Source: Prochlorococcaceae cyanobacterium (GTDB lineage: Bacteria > Cyanobacteriota > Cyanobacteriia > PCC-6307 > Cyanobiaceae). From it: DNA of 54,242 nt. The notes beneath the pieces were generated by a model. It ran no database searches, was not told where the DNA came from, and saw only the letters and a list, made by a program, of their open reading frames with translations. Location of the stretch: positions 1-54,242 of the forward strand of contig JBMLOS010000123.1 of assembly GCA_049242845.1 (NCBI GenBank), written 5' to 3'. This document shows, one piece after another, positions 37,871-46,617 of the stretch; position 1 is the first letter of the stretch; each line of letters starts with the position of its first letter. The position numbers were made by a program, and so were the translations under genes.

Positions 37871-38091
37871 GCCAGGGGCCCGTCTCGACGGGCCCCTGGT
37901 GCTGTTGACGATTGCGGCCGCCGTGGTGCCTTCCCTGGAGGCGCTGCGGAGATCCGTTCCGGACGACAGACGATTGGGCGTCGTCCGTGGGTTCCCTCCG
38001 GAACCGCGGCTGACAAGTCCGGCGTGTCAGCTGGATCTGTCGTCCCTCCCCCTTCTCCTCTTCAGCCTCCCGCCCGCCCGGGAGCCTCCTC
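37871..38091 (+). ncRNA. Putative structured cis-regulatory leader of the DUF3155 gene
   Basis: 12-bp hairpin, a G-U-rich hairpin, a four-way junction, an alternative 10-bp pairing and an SD-sequestering hairpin, all folded by eye. Confidence 0.5.
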
Positions 38092-38463
38092 ATGTCCAAA
38101 AAGCGCAAGCGGATCAGCCGTCGCCGCCTGGCCGGCCAGCGTGTCCTGGCCCATGTCCCCACCTTCAACCTCGAGACCGGCTCCCACAAGCCCGTCACGG
38201 CGGCCCGCCGCTACATCGCGGAAGGAAACCTGGTGCCGCCGGCGATCCTGAACGTGCGCCGCAACGAGCACACCACCGACCGCTTCTTCTGGGGCGAGAA
38301 GGGCCTGTTCAGCGCCCAGTACGCCGAGGAGAACCACTTCCTGTTCCCCTCCCTGCGCCTGATCGTCGATGAGATCGGCGAAGAGGTGCTGTTCGAAGGC
38401 CTTGAGGCCCTCGCCGCCGACGACTGGGAGGAAATGGAGGAGTACGAGTACGCCTTCGTCTGA
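38092..38463 (+). CDS. DUF3155 family conserved cyanobacterial protein
   Basis: MSKKRKRISRRRLAGQRVLAHVP...KPVTAARRYI...RRNEHTTDRFFWGEKGLFSAQYAEENHFLFPSL; GGAG SD upstream. Confidence 0.9.
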   Translation: MSKKRKRISRRRLAGQRVLAHVPTFNLETGSHKPVTAARRYIAEGNLVPPAILNVRRNEHTTDRFFWGEKGLFSAQYAEENHFLFPSLRLIVDEIGEEVLFEGLEALAADDWEEMEEYEYAFV

Positions 38464-38521
38464 TCCGGAGCGCAGCTCACGCTGCCCCGAATGAAGTGCG
38501 CCGCTTTCCGTAAGCCGCCAC

Positions 38522-38549
38522 GCCCGCTCCCTGCCGGAGCGGGCTTTTT
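38522..38549 (+). terminator. Intrinsic terminator after DUF3155
   Basis: GCCCGCTCC-ctgcc-GGAGCGGGC followed by TTTTT. Confidence 0.85.
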
Positions 38550-38574
38550 GCTGGCAGCTGGTTGGCTGGACCCC

Positions 38575-39192
38575 TCAGCCGAGGCGCTCCCGCACGAAGC
38601 CCGCCAGCACGGGGAGCACCGCCGCATCGATCGTGTGGCCGCCCTCGAAGGGCAGCAGCTCGGCCCTGCCGCCGGCACCCTGCAGCCGCCGCAGCAGCTC
38701 CTCGCTGGCCGCATAGGGCACCACCGGATCCTGGCGGCCGTGGCTGAGCAGCACCGGCGGCAGGGCCGCCGCCGCGGGAGGCTGCCAGCCCTCGTGGGGA
38801 TAGCCGCTGCAGGCCACGATCCCCGCCAGCGGCAGGGCACAGCCGGCGTCGAGGGCGAGGGCCGCCCCCTGGGAGAAGCCCAGCAGCACGGTGCGGGGCA
38901 GCGGCACGCTCCGGGCCAGATCCTGCAGGCGGCCGGTGAGGGACGCACGCGCGGCCGGCAGGGCGCCCCAGTCGATCGGCTGCAGGTCGTACCACTGCCG
39001 CCCGTAGCCGGAGGGGTGGGGCTCCGGAGCCCGCAGCGCCACCACGCTCACCGTGGGGGGAACCAGCAGGTCGGCCAGATCGAGCAGGTCATCGGCATCG
39101 GCGCCCCAGCCGTGCAGCAGCACGAGCCGGTGGCTGGCCTCCTCCGGACCGCGCCGCAGCTGATCCGGGGCCGGGGCGGAGGGAGGACTCAT
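38575..39192 (-). CDS. Phospholipase/carboxylesterase (alpha/beta hydrolase)
   Basis: LLHGWGA, nucleophile [14 protein letters not shown] and GGH triad motifs; ATG 39192. Confidence 0.9.
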   Translation of the reverse strand: MSPPSAPAPDQLRRGPEEASHRLVLLHGWGADADDLLDLADLLVPPTVSVVALRAPEPHPSGYGRQWYDLQPIDWGALPAARASLTGRLQDLARSVPLPRTVLLGFSQGAALALDAGCALPLAGIVACSGYPHEGWQPPAAAALPPVLLSHGRQDPVVPYAASEELLRRLQGAGGRAELLPFEGGHTIDAAVLPVLAGFVRERLG

Positions 39193-39277
39193 GGACGCGG
39201 CACGGGGGAGAACCATCATCGGAAGCGGCCGGCACCGCTGCGTAGGTTGGGCGACGAGCCCCCCCCATCCCGTCGCC

Positions 39278-40849
39278 ATGGCGCCCACGGCCCTCCTGAG
39301 CGTGTCCGACAAGCAGGATCTGGAGCCCCTGGCCCAGGGGCTGCTGGCGGCGGGCTACCGGCTGATCTCCAGCGGCGGCACCGCCGCGGCCCTGCAGGCC
39401 GCCGGCCTGGAGGTGACCAAGGTGGCGGAGCACACCGGCGCCCCCGAGATCCTGGGCGGCCGGGTCAAGACCCTCCATCCCCGCATCCACGGCGGCATCC
39501 TGGCCCGCCGGGACGAGCCCTCCCACCTGGCCGACCTGGCCGCCCAGGACATCGCCGCGATCGACGTGGTGGTGGTGAACCTCTATCCCTTCCGCCGCAC
39601 GGTGGCCGACCCGCAGGTGGCCTTCGAGACGGCGATCGAGAACATCGACATCGGCGGCCCCGCCATGGTGCGGGCCGCGGCCAAGAACCATCAGGACGTG
39701 GCGGTGCTCACCGATCCCGCCCAGTACCCCGCCTTCCTCGAGGCCCTGGCCGCCGGCCGGGTGGACGGCGCCCTGCGGCGCCAGCTGGCCCTGGCGGCCT
39801 TCCAGCACACCGCCGCCTACGACGCCGCCATCAGCGCCTGGCTGGCCCAACGGCTGGAGGCCGAAGACGCCGCTGCGGCAGCCGCCCCGCCGGAGGCCGC
39901 GCCCCTGCGACTGGAACTCCCCGCCCGCCAGAGCCTCCGTTACGGCGAGAACCCCCACCAGAGCGCCACCTGGTACAGCGAGCCCGCTGCCGGCTGGGGC
40001 GCGGCGATGCAGCACCAGGGCAAGGAGCTCAGCTACAACAACCTCCTCGACCTCGACGCCGCCCTCGCCACGGTGCGGGAATTCGGCTACGGCCCGGAGC
40101 ACGACCGGGCGGCGGCGGCGGTGGTGAAGCACACCAACCCCTGCGGCGTGGCCACGGGCCACGACACCGCCGGCGCCCTGCTGCGGGCACTGGATGCGGA
40201 CCGGGTGTCGGCCTTCGGCGGCATCGTGGCGCTCAACGGCGCGGTGGATGCGGCCACGGCCGCGCATCTGGGGAGCCTCTTCCTGGAGTGTGTCGTGGCG
40301 CCGTCGTTCGAGGAGGAAGCCCTCGGCCTGCTGGCGGCGAAGGGCAATCTCCGCCTGCTGGAGCTGAGCCCCGCGGCGATCGCGGCGGCGCCGCGGCAGC
40401 AGCTGCGCAGCCTGCTGGGCGGTGTGCTGGCCCAGGATCTCGATGATCAGGCCAGCCGCGAGGAGGAGTGGCAGGTGGTGAGCCGCCGCCAGCCGAGCGA
40501 GGCCGAGCAGGAAGACCTGCGCTTCGCCTGGCGCCTGGTGCGCCACGTGCGCTCGAACGCCATCGCCGTGGCCCGGGGCGGGCAGAGCCTCGGCATCGGC
40601 GCCGGCCAGATGAACCGGGTGGGCTCGGCCCGCCTCGCCCTGGAGGCCGCCGGAGAGCGGGCCCGGGGGGCGGTGCTGGCCAGCGACGGCTTCTTCCCCT
40701 TCGACGACACGGTGCGGCTGGCGGCGGAGCACGGCATCACGGCGGTGATCCAGCCCGGGGGCAGCAAGCGCGACGGCGACTCGATCGCCGCCTGCGACGA
40801 GCTCGGCCTGGCGATGGTGTGCACCGGACGGCGCCACTTCCTCCACTGA
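39278..40849 (+). CDS. purH: Bifunctional AICAR transformylase / IMP cyclohydrolase
   Basis: [40 protein letters not shown] and ASDGFFPF. Confidence 0.98.
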   Translation: MAPTALLSVSDKQDLEPLAQGLLAAGYRLISSGGTAAALQAAGLEVTKVAEHTGAPEILGGRVKTLHPRIHGGILARRDEPSHLADLAAQDIAAIDVVVVNLYPFRRTVADPQVAFETAIENIDIGGPAMVRAAAKNHQDVAVLTDPAQYPAFLEALAAGRVDGALRRQLALAAFQHTAAYDAAISAWLAQRLEAEDAAAAAAPPEAAPLRLELPARQSLRYGENPHQSATWYSEPAAGWGAAMQHQGKELSYNNLLDLDAALATVREFGYGPEHDRAAAAVVKHTNPCGVATGHDTAGALLRALDADRVSAFGGIVALNGAVDAATAAHLGSLFLECVVAPSFEEEALGLLAAKGNLRLLELSPAAIAAAPRQQLRSLLGGVLAQDLDDQASREEEWQVVSRRQPSEAEQEDLRFAWRLVRHVRSNAIAVARGGQSLGIGAGQMNRVGSARLALEAAGERARGAVLASDGFFPFDDTVRLAAEHGITAVIQPGGSKRDGDSIAACDELGLAMVCTGRRHFLH

Positions 40850-40947
40850 AGCCACACTGAAGCCACCGAGGCACGGCACGGCGGGGGCGGCGAGTTGTAG
40901 CTTCGCTGCCAGCCTCCGGGCCGTGCCGCCGCGGCCGTGTTCTCCCC

Positions 40948-41418
40948 ATGCCCCTCTCCCTGCCCGATTCCCTCTCCTTCGGCCTCAACTTCCTCCACCC
41001 CCTGATGATGTGGGGGCTGCTGGCCCTCTCGGGCTACGCGATGTTCCTGGGCATCAAGACCAAGAAGACCCGCACCGCCGCGGCCGAGGAGCGCAAGGAA
41101 CTGATCAAGGGGCAGTTCGCCCGGCGCCACTTCCAGCTGGGCAGCCTCGTGCTGGCGGTGATGGTGCTCGGCACCTTCGGCGGCATGGCCGTGACCTACC
41201 TCAACAACGGCAAGCTGTTCGTGGGGCCCCACCTGCTGGTGGGCATCGCCATGACCTCCCTTCTCGCCCTGGCCTCGGCCCTCTCACCGCTGATGCAGCA
41301 GGGCAACCTGATCGCCCGCAAGGTGCACGTGGGGCTGAACATGAGCGTGATGACCCTGTTCCTCTGGCAGGCCGTGAGCGGCATGGAGATCGTGAAAAAG
41401 ATCTGGACCAACCGCTGA
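40948..41418 (+). CDS. DUF4079 family membrane protein
   Basis: FLHPLMMW, RHFQLGS, GKLFVGPHL and ARKVHVGLN with TM helices. Confidence 0.85.
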   Translation: MPLSLPDSLSFGLNFLHPLMMWGLLALSGYAMFLGIKTKKTRTAAAEERKELIKGQFARRHFQLGSLVLAVMVLGTFGGMAVTYLNNGKLFVGPHLLVGIAMTSLLALASALSPLMQQGNLIARKVHVGLNMSVMTLFLWQAVSGMEIVKKIWTNR

Positions 41419-41433
41419 GCTGAGCCGCTGAGC

Positions 41434-42150
41434 TCAGAACTGGGCCCGGCGGCGGGGGGGACAGGCCAGTCCGTGGGCGGCGTGGAAGTCCTCCTGCACC
41501 TTCCAGGTGAGCCGGCGGGAGATCTGCCGCACGATCTGGCGGAGCAGGTGGTCCCCGCTGCTCTGCACCAGCCCCTCGGGCAGCAGGGTGATCACCGCCG
41601 GCAGCCGGATCCATACCCGCAGATCGAGCTCCCAGCGCACCAGGGTGAGCGGGGCCTCGGCCGCGTCGGTGCCCTCGCCGGCGTGGGACGCCTGCGCCCC
41701 TTGCTCCACCTGATCGAGCCGCAGGGCGGCGTTGAACTCCACGTCGTAGAGGCCTTCGAGGCCGGTGTCCCCGAGGCCGTCGGGGGCCACCGTGACGATC
41801 CGGTACACGCCCTCGGCCTGGGGCAGCAGTTCGAGGCCGATGGTGGGCTCCACCTCGAAGCCGAAGTTGCCAAAGCGCCCGAGGGTGAGCACATAGCCGT
41901 TCTGGCCATGGGGGCGCACCGTCATCGGGGCGGCGCAGCGGCGGAACCAGCCCTCATGACGATCGAGATAGCGGGCCACCTGTTCGGCGGGGGCCCGCAT
42001 CTCCATCAGGTCCGCGAAGGTGGAGCCGTAGCAGCGCACGCGGTTGTCATCAGCGTCGCGCAGCCGCGGACCGGCGGCCGGGGTCTCAATCCCGGTCCCG
42101 CCACCGCCGGCGACGGAGGAGGGATGGAGGGGGGTCAGGGCGCTGGTCAA
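41434..42150 (-). CDS. DUF1997 family protein
   Basis: YLDRHEGWFRRCAAPM, GRFGNFGFEVEP and RRLTWKVQEDFH; start uncertain (TTG 42150 or ATG 42219 region). Confidence 0.85.
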   Translation of the reverse strand: MTSALTPLHPSSVAGGGGTGIETPAAGPRLRDADDNRVRCYGSTFADLMEMRAPAEQVARYLDRHEGWFRRCAAPMTVRPHGQNGYVLTLGRFGNFGFEVEPTIGLELLPQAEGVYRIVTVAPDGLGDTGLEGLYDVEFNAALRLDQVEQGAQASHAGEGTDAAEAPLTLVRWELDLRVWIRLPAVITLLPEGLVQSSGDHLLRQIVRQISRRLTWKVQEDFHAAHGLACPPRRRAQF

Positions 42151-42279
42151 CGGGGAACGGTCCAGGAACGGTGTAGCGACGCGGGACGCGACAGCCCGAC
42201 CAGCCGAGCCATCAACCAATGTAAAGGAGGCCTTGCCATCGGATCCGCTCGCGGGGAACAGCGAACCCGGCGCTGCCGC

Positions 42280-43497
42280 TCAGGCGGTGAGCTCGATCAG
42301 CCGCTCGATCACGTCCTCCACCACCCGGTCGGGGGTGGAGGCGCCGGAGGTGATCCCCACCCGTATCGACCCCTCCGGCAGAAAGGGCTCCTCCACCGCC
42401 AGCCGGCCGCCGAGAGGCATGTGCTCAATCCGGTTGCCGGGGCCGATCCGCTCGGGGGTGTCGATGTGGAAGGAGCGGATGCCGCGGCTCACGGCGATCT
42501 CCTGGAGATGGGTGGTGTTGGAGGAGTTGTACCCACCGATCACCACCATCAGGTCGAGGGGCTCGTCCACCAGCGCGAACATGGCGTCCTGGCGCTCCTG
42601 GGTGGCATCGCAGATGGTGTTGAACGCCAGGAAGTGGTCGTTCAGCTGGGTGGGACCGAAGCGCTGCAGCATGGTGCGCTCGAACAGCTTGCCGATCTCC
42701 TCGGTTTCGCTCTTGAGCATGGTGGTCTGGTTCGCCACCCCCACCCGGGTGAGGTCGCGGTCGGGATCGAAGCCGGGGGAGCAGGCCTTGGCGAAGCGCT
42801 GCATGAAGGCCGCCCGCCGCTCGGGACCGGGGTTGCCGCCGCCCGCGCTGGCGAGGATGTAATCGCACACCATCTGGGCCTCAGCCAGATCGAGAACCAC
42901 CAGATAGGTGCCGGCGAAGCTGCTGGTGGCGAGGGTTTCCTCGTGCTTCACCTTGCCGTGGATGATCGAGGTGAAGGCGTGCTTCTTGTGCTTCTCCACG
43001 GTGTTCCACACCTTGGAGACCCAGGGGCAGGTGGTGTCCACGATGTGGCAGCCCCGCTCGTTGAGCAGCTGCATCTCCTGCACCGTGGCGCCGAAGGCCG
43101 GCAGGATCACCACGTCGCCGCAGGCCACATCGGAGAAGTCCTTCACGCCCTCGTCCACGGGAATGAACTGCACGTCCATGCCGCGCAGGTGATCATTCAC
43201 CGAGGGATTGTGGATGATCTCGTTCGTGATCCAGATCCGCTCGCTCGGGTAGTGCCGGCGCGTTTCGTAAGCCATCGCCACGGCCCGCTCCACGCCCCAG
43301 CAGAAGCCGAACGCTTCGGCCAGCCGCACCGTGAGCCGGCCCCGCCGCAGGGTGTAGCCGCTCTCGCGCAGGGTGGCGATCAGATCGCTCTGGTAGGCGG
43401 TCTGCAGGCTGCCCGCCACCTCCTCCCCCAGCCCGAAGCCGCGGCGGTTGTAGCGCTCCGAGTGATGCAGGGAGCGTTTGAAGGCACGGGTATCCAC
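42280..43497 (-). CDS. ispH: 4-hydroxy-3-methylbut-2-enyl diphosphate reductase
   Basis: GTG 43497 ([13 protein letters not shown]); [29 protein letters not shown] and GYNSSNT. Confidence 0.97.
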   Translation of the reverse strand: MDTRAFKRSLHHSERYNRRGFGLGEEVAGSLQTAYQSDLIATLRESGYTLRRGRLTVRLAEAFGFCWGVERAVAMAYETRRHYPSERIWITNEIIHNPSVNDHLRGMDVQFIPVDEGVKDFSDVACGDVVILPAFGATVQEMQLLNERGCHIVDTTCPWVSKVWNTVEKHKKHAFTSIIHGKVKHEETLATSSFAGTYLVVLDLAEAQMVCDYILASAGGGNPGPERRAAFMQRFAKACSPGFDPDRDLTRVGVANQTTMLKSETEEIGKLFERTMLQRFGPTQLNDHFLAFNTICDATQERQDAMFALVDEPLDLMVVIGGYNSSNTTHLQEIAVSRGIRSFHIDTPERIGPGNRIEHMPLGGRLAVEEPFLPEGSIRVGITSGASTPDRVVEDVIERLIELTA

Positions 43498-43594
43498 GGC
43501 GGCCGGGCACGGTGGGGCAACTCTATGGGCAGCTCCGGACGGCTGTCGGGGGGTCTGGGAGCTGGAGCGGCGGGTCCGGGCAGCGCTCCAGGGG

Positions 43595-43621
43595 AAAGGC
43601 CCCCGGCACAAGCCGGGGGCC
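43595..43621 (-). terminator. Probable intrinsic terminator of the amt-PII unit
   Basis: Perfect 10-bp stem GGCCCCCGGC-acaa-GCCGGGGGCC with a short T tract on the minus strand. Confidence 0.6.
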
Positions 43622-43692
43622 GGGAGCAGGCCGGAACTCCCCCGGCCCTGCTGGCGGAAGGAAGCGGATCCCCCCTCAGAGCGGATCGCCCC

Positions 43693-44031
43693 TCAGACGG
43701 CACTAACGCCGCGCTCGCCGGTACGGATGCGCACGACCTCCTCCACAGGGGTGACGAAGATCTTGCCGTCACCGATCTCGCCCGTGCAGGCGGCTTCGGT
43801 GATGGCCGTGATGGCCGCCTCGACCTTGTCGTCGGCCACCACGGTGGTGATCCGCACCTTGGGCAGGAACTCCACCGTGAACTCGTTGCCGCGGTAGCGC
43901 TCGATCTGCCCCTTCTGGCGCCCGAAGCCACGAACGTCGTTGATGGTCATGCCCACGATGTCGATGGCGACGAGGGCGGTCTTGATGTGGTCCACCTTGG
44001 AGGGGCGCACCACGGCTGTGATCTGTTTCAT
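43693..44031 (-). CDS. PII-family nitrogen regulator (amt-linked, GlnK-like paralogue)
   Basis: 112 aa; RGFGRQKG, T-loop ERYRGNEFTVEF and TGEIGDGKIFV..VRIRTGE. Confidence 0.95.
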   Translation of the reverse strand: MKQITAVVRPSKVDHIKTALVAIDIVGMTINDVRGFGRQKGQIERYRGNEFTVEFLPKVRITTVVADDKVEAAITAITEAACTGEIGDGKIFVTPVEEVVRIRTGERGVSAV

Positions 44032-44038
44032 CGGGGTC

Positions 44039-45451
44039 TCAGTAGGTCATGGGGTCGTAGGCCTCTTCGCCGTGGGCCACGAAGTCAAGACCGCGCTCTT
44101 CCTCCTCGGGGGTGACGCGCAGACCAACGGTGGCGCCCACGATCCACAGGATCACGGCCGTGCCGATGCCCACGAAGCCATAGGAGAGGAGCACGGCCTT
44201 CACATGGGCCACAAACAGACCGGCGTTTCCACTGCTGGCGAGAATCTCCGCCGACTTGGGGAAGTAGTCGGCCGGCACCAGGGCCTTGGCCGCGAGCAGA
44301 CCGGTCAGCAGAGCCCCCACCGTACCGCCGACACCATGGACGGCGTAGGCATCGAGGGAGTCGTCGAACTTGATGGCGGACTTGATCTGGACGGCGATGT
44401 AGCAGGCTGCTGCCGTCGCGGCCCCGATCACCATGGCCTGGGGCATGTAGACGAAACCGGCGGCGGGGGTGATGCCCACCAGGCCTGCCACGGCGCCGGT
44501 GGCGGCTCCCACGGCGGTGGGTTTGCCATCCCGGAACCATTCGATCAGGCACCAGGTGAGCAGTGCGGCGGACGCGGAGAAGGTGGTGGTGAGGAAGGAG
44601 AGGCCTGCGGCCGATGCGGCGAAGTAGCTGGCCCCGTTGAAGCCGAACCAGCCGAACCAGAGGAGACCGGCACCCAGCAGGATGAAGGGCACGTTGTGGG
44701 GCGGGCGCTTGCTCTCGGGGAAGTTGCTGCGGGGGCCTACGATGGCCGTGGAAACAAGAGCGCCGACGCCGGCGGCGATGTGCACCACGGTGCCACCGGC
44801 GAAGTCGATGGCGCCGATCTCACCGAAGGGACCGATATAGCCACCGCCCCAGACCATCTTGGCCATCGGGCATTAGATGAACAGGCTCCACAGCAGGGAG
44901 AACCAGAACCAGGCCTTGAAGTTGATGCGCTCCACCAGGGCCCCGGAGATCAGGGCCGGCGTGATGATCGCGAACATGCCCTGGAACAGGGCGAAGGACG
45001 TGGCCGAGATGGCGAAACCATCGGCGAGGGGCTGGTCGCCCAGCTCACCTCCCACGCCATTGAGCCACATCTGGCCCAGGCCACCGATGAAGGGGCTGCC
45101 GAAGCCGGTGTCGAAGGAGAGGGAATAGCCGATCACCACCCACACCACCCCGATGAGTCCCATCAGGAAGAAGCTCATCATCATCGTGTTGAGCACGTTC
45201 TTGGCGCGGGTGAAGCCGCCGTAGAAGAACGCCAGGCCGGGGGTCATCAGCAGGACCATGGCCGAGCCCATGAGCATCAGCAGGGTGTCGGCCCCGTTGG
45301 TGGGGACCTTCTGCAGCGCGGCATGGGCCGATCCGGCCATGAGCGGAAGCAGGGCGGCACCGAAGGCGAGCAACGACAGGGCAAGGCGGCGCAGGGCCTT
45401 GGAGGCGGAGAGCGGCTCCAGCCGCTGCCGCATCCCGGAAGAAAGAGTCAT
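44039..45451 (-). pseudogene. amtB: AmtB-type ammonium transporter interrupted by an in-frame TAA (44873-44875)
   Basis: LMTPGLAFFYGG, FQGMFAIITPAL, DFAGGTVVH, GWFGFN and FDDSLDAYAVHG. The two ORFs share a frame: ATC TAA TGC CCG ATG GCC AAG ATG GTC TGG, with the stop at the conserved Tyr of YxPxAxMVW. Confidence 0.88.
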
Positions 45452-45510
45452 GAAGGAGAGAAGCCTCCACCGCGGTCCTTACAAGACTGAACAGCCGCAT
45501 ATCGATCGAA

Positions 45511-45524
45511 GTAGGGATTCACAC
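45511..45524 (-). promoter_or_regulatory. Putative NtcA box upstream of amtB
   Basis: Minus strand GTG-TGAATCCC-TAC (one mismatch to GTA-N8-TAC), about 60 nt upstream of the ATG, with a weak -10-like CAGTCT 21 nt downstream. Confidence 0.55.
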
Positions 45525-45672
45525 AAAATCAAGGAGGTACAGAAAGTCATCACAATTTCACCCTATTTATCCCATTCGTGGTCCCACGGGACCGATCTCT
45601 TTGCGCACTGATCATTATCTTCAACCTCCCTGACATCTGGAGAGAAGTGCTGTCCGTATTCCCTGCTGATGC

Positions 45673-46512
45673 TCAGGTTCCGCCCAACTCCGCCGCGGCT
45701 TCGCCCTCCCCCTGCCGCTCCTCCACCGCCGCCAGACCGCACCAGGTGACGCCATCGGCGGCGAAGGCATAGATGCACGGCAGCACTTCCACCCCCGCCG
45801 CCAGGGCCTGCCGGAAGAGCTCGCCATAGCGGGGATCGGCCCGGTCTCCCGGTGCGAAGCGGCGCACATCTGCGCGGCTCAGGCAGGGGAGCAGCACCGC
45901 CCGGGCCCCGGGCAGCACCCCGATCAGCTCCAGCAGGTGCTTCTGGCCCCGCTCGGTCACCGTGTCCGGAAAGAGAGCCAGCTCGCCCTCGTTCCAGGTG
46001 GTGTTCTTCACCTCCACGTAGATGGGGCGGGGATCGGCGGCCCCCTCCGCCGGGGTGAGCAGCAGATCGATCCGGCTGCGGCGCCCGGCGCCGTAGGGCA
46101 CCTCGGCCCGGATCGAGCCGATCGGACCCAGCCACGGCTCCAGACAGCCGGCCTCGATCGTGGCCCGCACCAGCCGGTTCGGCAGGGCCGTGTTCACCCC
46201 CACCCACACCGGCGTGCCGTGGGCGCTGGGCACCAGCGCCTGCTCCCAGGTCCAGGCCAGCTTGCGGGTGGGGGAAGGCGCATGGCGCAGCCGCACCCGT
46301 CCACCGGGGTGGAGCACGCCGGTCATGGGGCCAGTGTTGGGGCAGTGCACGGTCACCACCTCCCCATCGGGCAGCTCCACATCCGCCAGGAAGCGCTTGT
46401 AGCGGCGCAGCAGCACCCCTTCCTGCAGCGGCTCGAGGGCCAGCACCGGCCGCGGCTCCGCCCCGGGGGCGGCAGGGGCGCGCGACGCGGAGGGCTCGGG
46501 GCGCTGGGGCAC
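45673..46512 (-). CDS. sfsA: DNA/RNA nuclease SfsA
   Basis: RRYKRFLAD, HCPNTGPM, SRIDLLL, YVEVKN and FPDTVTERGQKHL; start uncertain (GTG 46512 or later). Confidence 0.93.
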   Translation of the reverse strand: MPQRPEPSASRAPAAPGAEPRPVLALEPLQEGVLLRRYKRFLADVELPDGEVVTVHCPNTGPMTGVLHPGGRVRLRHAPSPTRKLAWTWEQALVPSAHGTPVWVGVNTALPNRLVRATIEAGCLEPWLGPIGSIRAEVPYGAGRRSRIDLLLTPAEGAADPRPIYVEVKNTTWNEGELALFPDTVTERGQKHLLELIGVLPGARAVLLPCLSRADVRRFAPGDRADPRYGELFRQALAAGVEVLPCIYAFAADGVTWCGLAAVEERQGEGEAAAELGGT

Positions 46513-46617
46513 GGGGAGAGGGCGCGGACAGCCGGATTCTGTGCCGGCGCCGCCACCCGGGGGGTCGCCGGCCACCGGTGGAGAATCCCCGCAGTCACGG
46601 CTCCGGAACGAACGCGG

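Noticed and set aside
44873-44875. TAA recoding or alternative genetic code
   Set aside because: Only one instance, TAA serves as a normal stop at 7824-7826, and no recoding signal is seen. A point mutation or error is simpler.
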